A DNA stretch of 64,000 nt, taken from positions 1 through 64,000 of the IMG/VR virus record IMGVR_UViG_3300028676_000005; one strand, written 5' to 3'. How positions within the stretch are numbered: the stretch's first letter is position 1; each line of letters starts with the position of its first letter. The position numbers and the translations under genes are program-made. The notes beneath the pieces were generated by a model. It did no database searches, was not told the origin of the DNA, and worked only from the letters and a program-made list of their open reading frames with translations. This document shows, piece after piece, positions 54,601 through 64,000 of this stretch.

Positions 54601-57600
54601 TTAAAGATACTGCGGAAAACGTAGTCATCGGTGCTCAGCGTCTTGCAGGTAAACTGTTTACTGCTGAGAACAAGGAAGTATTCCTTAGTGGTCTGAACAA
54701 ACTTCGTGAAGCCTTGATGGCAGCCTTTAAATGGTTTGATCCGATGGGGCGTATCACTGCCCTTAAAGACAAGGTCGCAACTCGCTTCTTCCAAATGGAT
54801 GTTTATAAAGAAGGGTCTAAGACTCCTACTCTGATCGGCAAGAGCTTTGCTGGCGGGGCCTACTACAAAGTTGGGCCTACTGGCACTGCGGTAATGCTTA
54901 ACGGTTGGAATGAGATTGACGGGCCTGTTTACGATCGAGATGGCAACCTCCTGATCACTCAGGAAGATTACGATCGTGGGCTTGTTACATCCATGGGTGT
55001 GAGCATTAACAAGCTTGGTAACCTGAGTCGCAAGATTGCCGGTTGGGGTTTGGACGCCCTTAAGTTCGGTAAAGACAAAGCGGTTGAGTACGGTGGCAAA
55101 GCATACGACAAAACATCGTCCATGCTTAAAGCCGACTACACCCCTATCGTTAGTTCGGTAGATCGTATCTATCACTTGCTGTTGAAGAAGTGGGATATGA
55201 AACCTGACGAGGATGGTAACGTTCCTGAAGCCGCTCCATCGGCTCCTTCTGTAAACCCACAGAAAGGCATTGATCCTGATGCCCCTGCCAAGGTACCAGA
55301 AGAAGTGGTTAAAGTGCGTGAGGAAGAAGACGCGCAGCCTAAGGACGTTAAACGTAAAGACTTCAGTCAACTGATCAAGGAAAAGATCGACGCGTTGCAT
55401 GAAGGTAAACCTTTACGTAAGAACTCTCTTGCCGACCAGGAAGTACAAAAGGAAAAAGCTAAACGTGATGAACGCGATGGTGCGATTATCCAAATTGCCA
55501 AAGCCTTTGGTTACAAAGAGAAAAAGGTAGAGCCTAAGAGGGCTGGCCTGTTTGGTATGTTGGCGTCCATGATTGGCGGTACTTTCACTGCAATCACCTC
55601 CATCTCTACTTTCTTTATGAAAGCTTTGTGGAGTCCGATTAAATTGATGGGTACGTTTGCGTCAATGGCTCTCAAAACCATTCCGTTGATGGCTACAGGG
55701 ATCACTGCCATTGCCAAAGGGTTGTTTACGCTGCTTAAAACCAAGAGCATCACCGCAGCCGGGACTAGCATTCTTGACACAGTAATGGACCGTGATCCTG
55801 ATATGCACCCAGCAGAAAAGGCTAAGCGTCGTTCTGACCGTGCTGAAAACCGTAAAAAGCCAAGTACCAAGATCAGGAAAGGTGGTTTGGGTATTGGGCT
55901 TGGTATGTTGGCAGGTGTGGTTACTGACAACATGGTTGATAGCGGGATCATTGAAGAAGATGGTCTGGCTGATCATGTTGGCGGTGCGGTTAGCACAGCA
56001 GCAACGATTTACGGCGGTTATCAGTTAGCGTCTGGAGCAGCCGCGCTGGCTGGTGTTGAATTAGGCGCTGTTGCGGCTGGTGCTGGCGGCGCGTTGCTTA
56101 CGGCAGCTGGCTGGCTTGCCACTGGTGCTGTTGCAGTATTGAGCAGCCCCTGGGTTCTTGGTGCTTTAGCTGTTGGTGCTGTTGGTTATGGACTCTACAG
56201 CCTGTTCAAAGAAGGACAGTCAACTCAACAAAAGCTGCGATTGACTCAGTACGGTATCTCTGATGTTGAGAGTGATCTGGCAGAGAAAGTAATCAAGGCT
56301 GAGGAGATGTTGGCCAAGTTTGTCGTTATTGGTAATGGTCGTGCATCGATATCCAAAGATGCGCCTCTTGAGGAAGTGTTTAAACTCTTCTTAGCAGACC
56401 CTAACGACAAGAGACAAATTGCTGAAGTCTTTACCTGGTTTAATGGTCGTTTTAAACCTGTCTATCTGACCTACATGGCTTGCTTGGATGCTGCCAAGTT
56501 TAAGGACTTTGAGACTTACGACAAGTCTAAAGATCAGACGGCATACACCGTGGCTAAACAAGCGCATGCAGCGCTTAGCAGTGTTGCCCCTTATCCGTAC
56601 ACTATCGTAGCCAAGATTGACAAAGATACACCGATCATGGCGGAAAAGCAGACCGTTATCCGGATCAACAACTATCTGGAAGCGCTCAAACAGTACATTG
56701 ATCGCAAGACCGATAAGGAAGATCTGAAAGCCATTGCCCTACCTGCTGGTGCTGTTGCACTTAAGTCGGAAAAGGCTAGGCTAGAAGAAGTCCTTGACAA
56801 GGGCGGTAATAGCCTTAGCAGCGAAACAAAAAGCCAGGTTAAGGAAAAACTGGACTATATCGATAAGCAACTGGCTGGTTTTGACACCTCCTTTAAAGTA
56901 GCTCCACAGATTGCAGGTATTTACATTAAAGACCTGTTGCCAGACGATCGCGCAATGAGCTTGCTCACCGCTATCCGATTGGCGACTTATGGTAATGATG
57001 AAGATACTAGCTGGCGAGTAGAAGCGGTGCTGAAGTTAGAGCGCTACTGTGAAAGTCTGTTTGTCCTTAGTAGCGATACTGTGGTGTTTAACGGAGACGT
57101 TGAGAAGATTTACAGCTTCTTTAAAGACGCGTTCCGTTTAGGCGATGGCGACGGTGAGATGTGGGCTAAGTGGTTCCGCGATCGTTTCTCTCCAGTCATG
57201 TCTAACTATGTCAAGCTGATGGCTAACTACCGTAAGGGTAATCCAGGAGTTGTTTGGAAAACTCTGTCTGCTACGGCTCGTTACGAAATAGCACAAGGTC
57301 TTGTTCAAACTCAAGTTTACATCACGAGTTCGTTTACCGCTCCAGTTTGGAAAGTACGTGCTGCTCCGTTTAAAGATGCTGTTTCGACAGATAGAACGGA
57401 TAAAGTAGATCGCATGCTGACCATGCTTGGTGAAGCAAGTACTCAAGCCAAAGTTAAAGATCCAGAAAAGGAAGCTGGTAAAACTAACACGTCTTCTTGG
57501 GCTAAAGCTATCTCCCCTCACAAGGTTGGTGGTGGGATGACCGAGAAGCAGGCTAACGTACAAACAGCTGATCAATACAAGACCAAAAAGGACTTGGCAC

Positions 57601-59555
57601 TTGGTGGTCAGTTTGGTACTAGCACTTCCAGAGGCGCTGGTACTGGTAACCTCTATGGAGCTGGGGCCAACGGTGTATTCCGTACTCCAGAAAACCAATT
57701 TGGTTATAAGCCGTTAACCGGCAGTGGTGACACTAGCCACCTTGACATGACTGGTGTTCAGAAAGTCGATGGTGGTAAGGATACCGGAGTTAAGGTTCCT
57801 AAGAAGTTAGCAGAACAGCTAATGATCCGTGAAATGCTTAAACAAGGTTTTACAGATCCTCGTGCTATTGCCGAGATGCTGGCGCTGACTAACTACGAAA
57901 GTGATAACTACAGCCGCACTGTTGAGAACCTGAAATACTCAGACCCAACCCGTTTGATGAAACTGTTCCGAGAAGTTACTAGTCTTGATCAGGCCCGTCA
58001 ATTGGTTGCTATGGGTGAGGTTGCTATCGGTAACACTGTTTATGGCGGTGGTAAAGGTGCTTCCTTGGGTAACACTGATCCTGGCGACGGTTACAAATAT
58101 CGTGGTCGTGGGTTTGTGCAATCCACTGGTAAATATAACTATGCGAAGCTTGGGCAATCCCTTGGTCTCGATTTGGTTAACAAACCAGAATTGCTGTCTG
58201 AAGATCCAAACGTTATGGCTGCTGCTGCGGTTCAGTTCTACAAGGACTCGAAACTGCTGCAAGGCATCACAGTCGACGGTGACTTCGGTAAAGCAGCAAC
58301 AGGTATCAACGGCGGTAATCCAGTACCTGGCATGCAAGATCGCTACAAGCTGTATCTGAGCTACTTGGATCAGCTAGGTAAGGGTGAGTTGACAGGAGAC
58401 GATAAAGACACTCCAGACGCTTCTGGTGCAGCCACAGCTGCTACCCCTGGTGCTTCTGGTAGCGGTGGGGCACAAAGTAGCAACGGACCAGCTATTGGTC
58501 AGTCTACTGCGCTTCCACCTCTGGGCGCCGCAAGCGCTGGTGGACCAATGAGTGCCGGTACTACTGGCGGTGGGATGTACTCCACTCCAAGTAGCGCGCC
58601 AGGCGCTGGTCAGTATGGCAGTAATCCAGGCATGGGTGGCTCAGGTCAACCGTTTGTATTGTCTGGTGCTGGTTCTGACAACGCTGGTCTTCGTCTGAAA
58701 AGTGCAGAAGCCACTGCTGGTGGTGACTCACATCCTGGTGTTAAACGTTTGGCTCAACTGGTTCAGTCTAACGTTAGTACGTTTAAAGAGATTACTTCTT
58801 TGAACGATGGCTGGCACCGGAAGAACAAACCAAATTCCAAGCACACCCAAGGGTTGGCATTGGATTTCACTCTTACCGATGGTGTTCGTAGTAGTGACCA
58901 AGCAGTTGCCATTGTTAAAGGGCTGCTGCAACAAGCCGGTTTGCAGCCTAATGAGTTCTTAGTACTCAATGAGTACAAACGAATGTCAGCCGGGGCTACT
59001 GGTGGTCATGTCCATGCAGGGTTTGCTTCGGCTGCCGCTGCTGATAAGTTCAATGCTGCCGCTGGTGGCAATGCGACTAATGGGCAAGACACTACTACTG
59101 GGGGCGGTCCGGTACAACAGAAGGATCTGAACGCACCACCGCCACAAATGGGTGTTGAAACCGAGTCTATATCGAGCGGTGAGACAGAGGTTGCTGGTGA
59201 AGGTAGTGGCCCAATCAAACCACGTCTGCCAGGAGAAGCTCCGCCTAAGGGTAATCCGGTTAATCCGCGACCTAACAGTCCGTATGACACCGGACCTGGT
59301 GCTGCAATGGGTCAACCAGAAAACAGCAATCAACGGCGACAACCAAATAACCAAGCCAACAACAATGCTCAATCTGCTCCGGCTCCGGCTCAAGTAGACA
59401 ACAGCAGAGTTGAAAGCCTGTTAGAAGATCTCCTGAAGGCTATCAACGACAAAGGGGATGCACAAACAGGTGGTTTAGGTGAAGTGGTTAAGCAGTTGAT
59501 AGAAGCTAACAACAACCTTAAATCCAAAGAAACCCAGAAACGGGTAACCATTTAA
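51621..59555 (+). CDS. Tape-measure/tail-tip lysin (gp181-position) with GH19-like and M15-like peptidoglycan hydrolase domains
   Basis: 2644 aa; helical body and G/A-rich hydrophobic segments. GH19 motifs NYES and GDGYKYRGRGFVQSTG; M15 motifs SKHTQGLALDF and GGHVH. Confidence 0.82.
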   Translation: MSEYDDIDNDWGEDPFEGDMDFDMDFDSPGSKKGFLRSAVSGFLDGIVERTIGSTDAKINSLKRVLPETWAPAFRNVREFNDRASEIFADLKQNSSQTVDDLQYLALRAAKAAGNKIPNKISGALLGFSQHDFSDWDQTSAATDDTPRMGDTTSEEIKALIDSEDANSTLSRETFKAVGKQTVDMMAQVGGRSIAGMHAITQTNLRTNQLLEHLLDYQRRVQQRTDNLQLSVAARQLLTSSKYYKFMEASQHRLIEETKLIVKYSQQSDYEKTTNSQALKRNVRETVFNTVKSRFGGAADYFADKFGKDARDDITGNLGELTGSLRMVAEMTEGMPINIGSMAGNAAAGLFLNNIPKLMGSAKGKEYLAKFKKQFPGLSKWAEDAYIRLGDLGNVANYATGNIEELVNTMAKHYQGQGFDEASEMTYEEYVDSVPKGKKPMPKAQWFIAKSARGMFNNASGKVLDELWVGGNTKYSLAQRTLRDSHEQAYWSRRSDRTLNEEIPRWFGLLHQSLEKIRTGNDDTGVVSYDYVKNKFVTSQQKAATVTNAVFDHGQFSSQASNAMNFANSVDKEGLLTPDAKRKLAMHLAKDADRKLGFNPYNLLDLENEGYDKKTAEAIKRAVMATFDITDEHVDKFRNADDTTRSAMLTYMPSEKARKLLPEFADTARSLSTFMPDITNALDTYKSAGYYDAMKNAGIITPDKDTGQDDISEEKFWNVLEEYMKDPNKKRTVGTIPDAAPDKTRAMGGFAPSLNPLQDAMNPIASRKIPEFTFKPKGEEEPVPVKLMGMEELLKSFDTLKDVSQTLQLSSAGMDKMKTMDLTPLNTGMDLLVKDVSQLLALAQSRNDILTKIQEGVPKPKKVNKEDEQNMRSGTAQIMDKIKQFSFKDFYNKAVDTVLRNEPLILGGLLGGLAGVALHNPKAAALVAGGAVIATAYGKLHSLAKARGPDDNEDLYEEGVDKPILEAWKLQRGDYYDATKGFLIKSWKDIKGSVKDTAENVVIGAQRLAGKLFTAENKEVFLSGLNKLREALMAAFKWFDPMGRITALKDKVATRFFQMDVYKEGSKTPTLIGKSFAGGAYYKVGPTGTAVMLNGWNEIDGPVYDRDGNLLITQEDYDRGLVTSMGVSINKLGNLSRKIAGWGLDALKFGKDKAVEYGGKAYDKTSSMLKADYTPIVSSVDRIYHLLLKKWDMKPDEDGNVPEAAPSAPSVNPQKGIDPDAPAKVPEEVVKVREEEDAQPKDVKRKDFSQLIKEKIDALHEGKPLRKNSLADQEVQKEKAKRDERDGAIIQIAKAFGYKEKKVEPKRAGLFGMLASMIGGTFTAITSISTFFMKALWSPIKLMGTFASMALKTIPLMATGITAIAKGLFTLLKTKSITAAGTSILDTVMDRDPDMHPAEKAKRRSDRAENRKKPSTKIRKGGLGIGLGMLAGVVTDNMVDSGIIEEDGLADHVGGAVSTAATIYGGYQLASGAAALAGVELGAVAAGAGGALLTAAGWLATGAVAVLSSPWVLGALAVGAVGYGLYSLFKEGQSTQQKLRLTQYGISDVESDLAEKVIKAEEMLAKFVVIGNGRASISKDAPLEEVFKLFLADPNDKRQIAEVFTWFNGRFKPVYLTYMACLDAAKFKDFETYDKSKDQTAYTVAKQAHAALSSVAPYPYTIVAKIDKDTPIMAEKQTVIRINNYLEALKQYIDRKTDKEDLKAIALPAGAVALKSEKARLEEVLDKGGNSLSSETKSQVKEKLDYIDKQLAGFDTSFKVAPQIAGIYIKDLLPDDRAMSLLTAIRLATYGNDEDTSWRVEAVLKLERYCESLFVLSSDTVVFNGDVEKIYSFFKDAFRLGDGDGEMWAKWFRDRFSPVMSNYVKLMANYRKGNPGVVWKTLSATARYEIAQGLVQTQVYITSSFTAPVWKVRAAPFKDAVSTDRTDKVDRMLTMLGEASTQAKVKDPEKEAGKTNTSSWAKAISPHKVGGGMTEKQANVQTADQYKTKKDLALGGQFGTSTSRGAGTGNLYGAGANGVFRTPENQFGYKPLTGSGDTSHLDMTGVQKVDGGKDTGVKVPKKLAEQLMIREMLKQGFTDPRAIAEMLALTNYESDNYSRTVENLKYSDPTRLMKLFREVTSLDQARQLVAMGEVAIGNTVYGGGKGASLGNTDPGDGYKYRGRGFVQSTGKYNYAKLGQSLGLDLVNKPELLSEDPNVMAAAAVQFYKDSKLLQGITVDGDFGKAATGINGGNPVPGMQDRYKLYLSYLDQLGKGELTGDDKDTPDASGAATAATPGASGSGGAQSSNGPAIGQSTALPPLGAASAGGPMSAGTTGGGMYSTPSSAPGAGQYGSNPGMGGSGQPFVLSGAGSDNAGLRLKSAEATAGGDSHPGVKRLAQLVQSNVSTFKEITSLNDGWHRKNKPNSKHTQGLALDFTLTDGVRSSDQAVAIVKGLLQQAGLQPNEFLVLNEYKRMSAGATGGHVHAGFASAAAADKFNAAAGGNATNGQDTTTGGGPVQQKDLNAPPPQMGVETESISSGETEVAGEGSGPIKPRLPGEAPPKGNPVNPRPNSPYDTGPGAAMGQPENSNQRRQPNNQANNNAQSAPAPAQVDNSRVESLLEDLLKAINDKGDAQTGGLGEVVKQLIEANNNLKSKETQKRVTI

Positions 59556-59563
59556 CATTTTAG

Positions 59564-59593
59564 GAGGAGGTGGGGGCTTCGGCCTCCTCCTCT
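59564..59593 (+). terminator. Terminator-like hairpin
   Basis: GGAGGAGG...CTTCGG...CCTCCTCC followed by a T-rich tract. Confidence 0.55.
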
Positions 59594-59615
59594 ATCCTTT
59601 TATTTCGAGGTTCTT

Positions 59616-61784
59616 ATGGCCAAGATTTCAACTAGAGATCGAGATATCATCTCTAACTCTTTCCGCTTGCTTACTCGTGGCATTCCGCCCGATGAAGTAA
59701 TGGAGCGCATGAACTGGGATAAGTACTTTAACGTATTCAGTAGCGCTACTGGTGATAACCGTTACATCAACCCAGTTCCTCAATCTAGTCCGTATACTGA
59801 TCCACGTTACGGTCGTTTGTTGCAAAGCCACGAAGGTGGGATGGGTTCCTATTACAAGAAGCAAATTGAAGATAACGTTACACTGCTGACTATTGTCCCT
59901 GGTGTTCCACAGTTTGCTGGTATGTTGCAATTTATTCAAAACATGTTTAGTCCTAGTGCTGCGATTATTGCTAACAAAGGTCGAGCACCTGGTCTTGCGT
60001 TTTACATGGGCCAGGCGATTACTTCGGTTGCTTTCTACCCGATGCAATTACTGTCTGCTAGTGTTCAGTTTCTTAACTTCTTCTTGGACAACCCAGTAAA
60101 CACCTACTGGAGCGTTAAGCCTGCAATGGGTGCCTACACCATGGCGTCTACTGGTGTGCTTAACGACATCATGGTCAGACTTAACTGGATTGACCCGTTG
60201 TTACCTAAACGGGCTCAGGAACAGAATGATCCTTTGTTTGGCCTTAAGCCTAACTACGACATCTCGTCACGTCTTGCTGACTTAAGGCTCTTAATGCCAG
60301 ACGTCATCAACGACGATGGTACTGTTGACCTTATGCGGCTTATCATGAAGGGTGTTCGTAAGCACCGTGTTATGCTTCGTGAACTTGCCAAGATGGACAA
60401 CGAACAAATTAATACAGTCGAAGAACGCTTTGCTCGTGGTCGTCAGATTATCGAAGAAGTTGAATTTGATGAAGTGACCATGGCAGGCGAACCTAGTCAG
60501 TCGTTTGTTGAACAGGAGATGAACTCTGTTGGTCGTGCTCGTGAGGGCGAGATTAACTACGCTGAACAAGACAGTGCATATACCCAGCGTGATGCTTATT
60601 TAAACGCCTACAACTCTACCGCAGGCATTTCTAACATCGGTTCTGCTGATGGCGCAGACGGGCGTAACCTGGGCACAATCATTAGTGAGCTTGGTAAAGG
60701 TTCTAGCGAAGCTAGCTTTGGTACAGGCAACCCTAACGAGTCGGCTGGTCGTCCTAAACCTTCGTCGATCTATACCGGGGCAGACTCCAGTGTTGCTGGT
60801 GGTCAACAAATCTTCTACGAAGATAACCCGGATGATCGCACTTGGGCAGGTGACATTTTTGACTTGCTGCGTTCGGCACAGTACGGTGGTATGGACGCCA
60901 TCACCTGGAGAGTAGATGGAGCCGCGGGTCCTACAACTGACTCCTTTGCTCACTCGCATGCACAATCTCCACTGGCTAGTAAATTCAACAGCGTAGTTAA
61001 AGCAGCGAACGATTTCCGCTTTGACGTTGCTGGTGGCGCTACTGGTATTGGTATTGTTGACGGTTTGATTAATACCTTTAAAGAAGGTATCCAAGGTGCT
61101 CTATCAGGTACTGTTATTGGCAACATCCCATTGGCTCTTACTAACAACTCTTACGTTAAGGTAGCAGACCACTGGGACGGTTCCACGACTAACCTGCACA
61201 AAGAGTCCTACAGTATCTACTTCCACTGCACATACGCTCACCCGTATGAAGAGTTGATGAAGATTTGGGTTCCCTTCTCGTTGTTCCTCCCGCTGATTGC
61301 TCCTATGTCGGCTGGTGCTGGTACATACACCTCACCGTTTATGTGTAAAGCTTTCTGTACCGGTCGTTCCCTTATTCGTACAGGCATGGTTGAGAACGCA
61401 ACACTTACTTGGGGTGATGGTGAACGTGGTTGGACCAAGACTCGTCGTCCGCTTAACTTGCGTATTGACTTCAACATTGTTGACTTGGAACCAATCATCT
61501 CTGTGCCGATTGACCGTTCTATCAGTCTGCTGGAGGTTACTAACCTTAGCGGGATTGCTAGCAAGATCTTGACGGATGATACTGGTTACAACAACTACCT
61601 TGGTCGTATTGCGGGGACTACCTACTTGGATACCATTCTCAAGTACAGTCGCCTTAACCGTGGTTTGACCGGTGTTGCAACTAGCATGCGCCAAAGTATC
61701 CGCGCTGACAACATTGCTTCTAAAGTATCCGACTCCATTGTTGGTTCTTTCTCTACACTGTTTGCCAGACCGCTTGCACGATAA
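59616..61784 (+). CDS. Baseplate/tail-tip structural protein (gp182-position)
   Basis: 722 aa directly after the tape measure; synteny. Confidence 0.65.
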   Translation: MAKISTRDRDIISNSFRLLTRGIPPDEVMERMNWDKYFNVFSSATGDNRYINPVPQSSPYTDPRYGRLLQSHEGGMGSYYKKQIEDNVTLLTIVPGVPQFAGMLQFIQNMFSPSAAIIANKGRAPGLAFYMGQAITSVAFYPMQLLSASVQFLNFFLDNPVNTYWSVKPAMGAYTMASTGVLNDIMVRLNWIDPLLPKRAQEQNDPLFGLKPNYDISSRLADLRLLMPDVINDDGTVDLMRLIMKGVRKHRVMLRELAKMDNEQINTVEERFARGRQIIEEVEFDEVTMAGEPSQSFVEQEMNSVGRAREGEINYAEQDSAYTQRDAYLNAYNSTAGISNIGSADGADGRNLGTIISELGKGSSEASFGTGNPNESAGRPKPSSIYTGADSSVAGGQQIFYEDNPDDRTWAGDIFDLLRSAQYGGMDAITWRVDGAAGPTTDSFAHSHAQSPLASKFNSVVKAANDFRFDVAGGATGIGIVDGLINTFKEGIQGALSGTVIGNIPLALTNNSYVKVADHWDGSTTNLHKESYSIYFHCTYAHPYEELMKIWVPFSLFLPLIAPMSAGAGTYTSPFMCKAFCTGRSLIRTGMVENATLTWGDGERGWTKTRRPLNLRIDFNIVDLEPIISVPIDRSISLLEVTNLSGIASKILTDDTGYNNYLGRIAGTTYLDTILKYSRLNRGLTGVATSMRQSIRADNIASKVSDSIVGSFSTLFARPLAR

Positions 61785-61798
61785 AAAAGATATAGGCT

Positions 61799-61835
61799 AA
61801 TACCCCTACCTCCCTTAACGGGAGGTAGGGGTATT
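61799..61835. terminator. Bidirectional terminator hairpin
   Basis: Perfect 16-bp stem AATACCCCTACCTCCC / GGGAGGTAGGGGTATT between convergent genes. Confidence 0.85.
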
Positions 61836-61842
61836 ATGTTTG

Positions 61843-62964
61843 CTATCGGGGAAACTTAGGAGCACTTTTGAACTGACTACGCAACTCAATGAGGGCGGAG
61901 CTTTCAGTAAAACGACCAGCAGTACACAGCAGTGGAATGATTGGTTCATAGCCACTAAGAAGTTTAATCATGTCTTTACTGACACGAGTCATGATCGCCA
62001 GGTTAGCAGCCTCACCAAACTCTGTGTACTTCATCCACCAGTTAGGTCCAATGATACGCTCGAACACTTCCAACATGTCAGCTAACAGTGCTGGATAGTC
62101 TTCAGGGAACACATCATCGTTAAACCGAAAGTTGCTAAACAAGATCTCAATGAAGTTTGGATACTTGGAGCGAATCATTTTGCGATTCTTTTCAATACCA
62201 AGATCGTCTTCATCAAGAATGGCAAGAACTTCTTTAATACTTTTAATGTCACCATTGGTGATCATGTACTTAAGAGCTTCTAACGCGGCATCTCTTCGTA
62301 CATCGCCAAAGCCAGCGGGATAGCTGTTCCAGATACCACGGTAACCGTTACGCATCCCATACTGCGCCGCGTTGTTAAACAGTGTGTTATACAAAGCACT
62401 TGTAACGCTGCGGTCTACAAACTGGTCAACACCGGTGAGCTTGGTAAGCATCTTTAACGTGTTACCGCCAATGATACTGCGCCAGTTCTTGTTAGCGGCA
62501 AACTTCTTACCGTCTGTAGTAACCAGCCCCCCAAGGTTAACCCCAGTAATGCGGGTAAACTCTGAGTTAATCTCGTTAGCAACTTTTCGCATTGCATTAG
62601 ATTCACTGCTAACAGGAAACCCAAGCTGTCGACTAGCCGCTGCTAAGATACCGTCGGTGTCAAACGTAACACCGTCACGACCAACTTTAATACTTTTGGT
62701 AATGTCCTTGGTATTAAGCAACCCATGGGAGATTGCGCCAATAACACCATCCAGCACACTTACTACGTCATCACGGTATTCGGTAATGGTACCCTGCACA
62801 CCAGTATCACGACTGGTTTTAGTGGCAATACCATTCTTCATCCGATCCGATGTGACGTTCATTGGATCTAAGTTGTCTTGCTTAACCCGAAGCATCGAGT
62901 TATTGGTCTTAGTCTTAAACGTGTTAAGACTAGGCGCAAGGTTGACTCCCTGAAACGGGTCCAT
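61843..62964 (-). CDS. Conserved hypothetical protein, probably virion
   Basis: 373-aa ORF with GGGG RBS. Confidence 0.7.
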   Translation of the reverse strand: MDPFQGVNLAPSLNTFKTKTNNSMLRVKQDNLDPMNVTSDRMKNGIATKTSRDTGVQGTITEYRDDVVSVLDGVIGAISHGLLNTKDITKSIKVGRDGVTFDTDGILAAASRQLGFPVSSESNAMRKVANEINSEFTRITGVNLGGLVTTDGKKFAANKNWRSIIGGNTLKMLTKLTGVDQFVDRSVTSALYNTLFNNAAQYGMRNGYRGIWNSYPAGFGDVRRDAALEALKYMITNGDIKSIKEVLAILDEDDLGIEKNRKMIRSKYPNFIEILFSNFRFNDDVFPEDYPALLADMLEVFERIIGPNWWMKYTEFGEAANLAIMTRVSKDMIKLLSGYEPIIPLLCTAGRFTESSALIELRSQFKSAPKFPR

Positions 62965-63026
62965 AGCTTACCCCTTTTCCTACAAAAAAATAAAACAAGT
63001 TAAAGGGGGATTTCTCCCCCAGTAAC

Positions 63027-63485
63027 TTACTTGTTCTTTTCAGCTTCTTTGGTAACTGCAACTTCGATCAACTTCTTACGATCTCTAGTCACCAACTTGA
63101 TGCTGTCTGAAACCCTTATGATGTTACCATTAAGGTCTTTTACGGTAATGTCTATTTGACATTCTTCAAATTCTGTAATGCTTAAGCCTTCTAAGAATTT
63201 GTTGAATGTTAGTCTGGGTGTATGAAAATAAGTGTCCCGAATATTACCGCTTCGGGTTTGCCGCTCGACTTTAGCCTTTTCTGGATCTGGATTGGTGACT
63301 ACCCAATCGAGATACCGACTTAAGAAGTTATTCCACCGAAATGGGTTCATCTCCATCTTTCTAAGAATTGCACGGAACAGCTTTGCTGGAGAATCCTCTA
63401 ACTGGTGATCCTCGACATACTTAGGAGAAATGGAACTTAGCTTATTTGCTTTGAGTTCTTTCCTCCCTTTAGAGGGCTTTGTCAT
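63027..63485 (-). CDS. Conserved hypothetical protein
   Basis: 152-aa basic ORF. Confidence 0.7.
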   Translation of the reverse strand: MTKPSKGRKELKANKLSSISPKYVEDHQLEDSPAKLFRAILRKMEMNPFRWNNFLSRYLDWVVTNPDPEKAKVERQTRSGNIRDTYFHTPRLTFNKFLEGLSITEFEECQIDITVKDLNGNIIRVSDSIKLVTRDRKKLIEVAVTKEAEKNK

Positions 63486-64000
63486 TGACCAACCTCAACT
63501 GGGAATGGATTGCAATCCGCACCACAGTGAGGAAGTCATCCAGCATTAACTTGAAGTACCGAGAGTTAAAGAACTCCATGAGCCCTACTGACAACTCGAT
63601 ACGGTTAACCGCATCAAAACGTTGGCCTTCTTCCCGCTCGTGTTCTTTAGGGAACTCAAGACAGTAGATGTGCAGTAGCTGTGCAAACTTGTAGATAAAT
63701 GTTTGAGTTGCTTTATGGTTGCTGTGCCAATCCAGAAATTCACGTTCCCTTGTGATGTCACCCAGTTGATGAAAGAACGGATCGAACTTGAAACGCTCGT
63801 CGGTAACTACCCGCTGAAGTAGCTCTAAGGCTTCTCCAGACGTTTTCGTGTAGGCCGAGATGTCGAGTGTCATAAGCCACTCAAAATCGTTTTCAAGCTC
63901 TAGTGGGACGTTCTTAAGACAATCGTATAGATCATGAATTGTTGAGTCAAAGCTGACCATCGGGTGCTTTGCTCTGGCTATAATCAAATCGATGCTTGAG
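63469..64000 (-). CDS. Hypothetical protein, 5' end possibly outside the window
   Basis: Frame is open from the window edge to 63469. Confidence 0.65.
   Translation of the reverse strand, partial: SSIDLIIARAKHPMVSFDSTIHDLYDCLKNVPLELENDFEWLMTLDISAYTKTSGEALELLQRVVTDERFKFDPFFHQLGDITREREFLDWHSNHKATQTFIYKFAQLLHIYCLEFPKEHEREEGQRFDAVNRIELSVGLMEFFNSRYFKLMLDDFLTVVRIAIHSQLRLVNDKAL

Noticed and set aside
62386-62397. Third partial copy of TGTTATACAAAG
   Set aside because: It lies inside a CDS, lacks the TATG core and is likely chance.

Overview
This window is 64 kb of a phiKZ-like, nucleus-forming jumbo phage genome (Chimalliviridae-type; the host and genus cannot be read from the sequence). Family assignments come from motifs, recalled similarity and synteny; no database search was run. 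The left end holds the nucleus/replication block: a truncated non-virion RNAP beta' N-terminal subunit, chimallin, a family-B DNA polymerase catalytic part and the PhuZ tubulin. Next is a ~2.6-kb non-coding RNA island (10.5-13.1 kb, minus strand). It contains three canonical tRNAs (Asn, Trp, Asp), three tRNA bodies with enlarged anticodon arms, a tRNA 3' half, and several heavily base-paired non-coding domains. An early accessory cluster follows (HslV-like Ntn hydrolase and a four-member paralog family), then a ~530-bp non-coding strand switch. The middle carries the terminase large subunit with a class-3 intein, the tail sheath and tube, and accessory genes including tmk and a QueC-like PP-loop protein. 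The right side carries the prohead protease, an endolysin, virion RNAP subunits, a 2644-aa tape-measure-like protein with GH19 and M15-like domains, and baseplate-region genes. The best candidate for an undescribed system is the RNA island, especially two tandem tRNA-like genes whose anticodon arms are extended and capped by the same U-CAU-N pentaloop.
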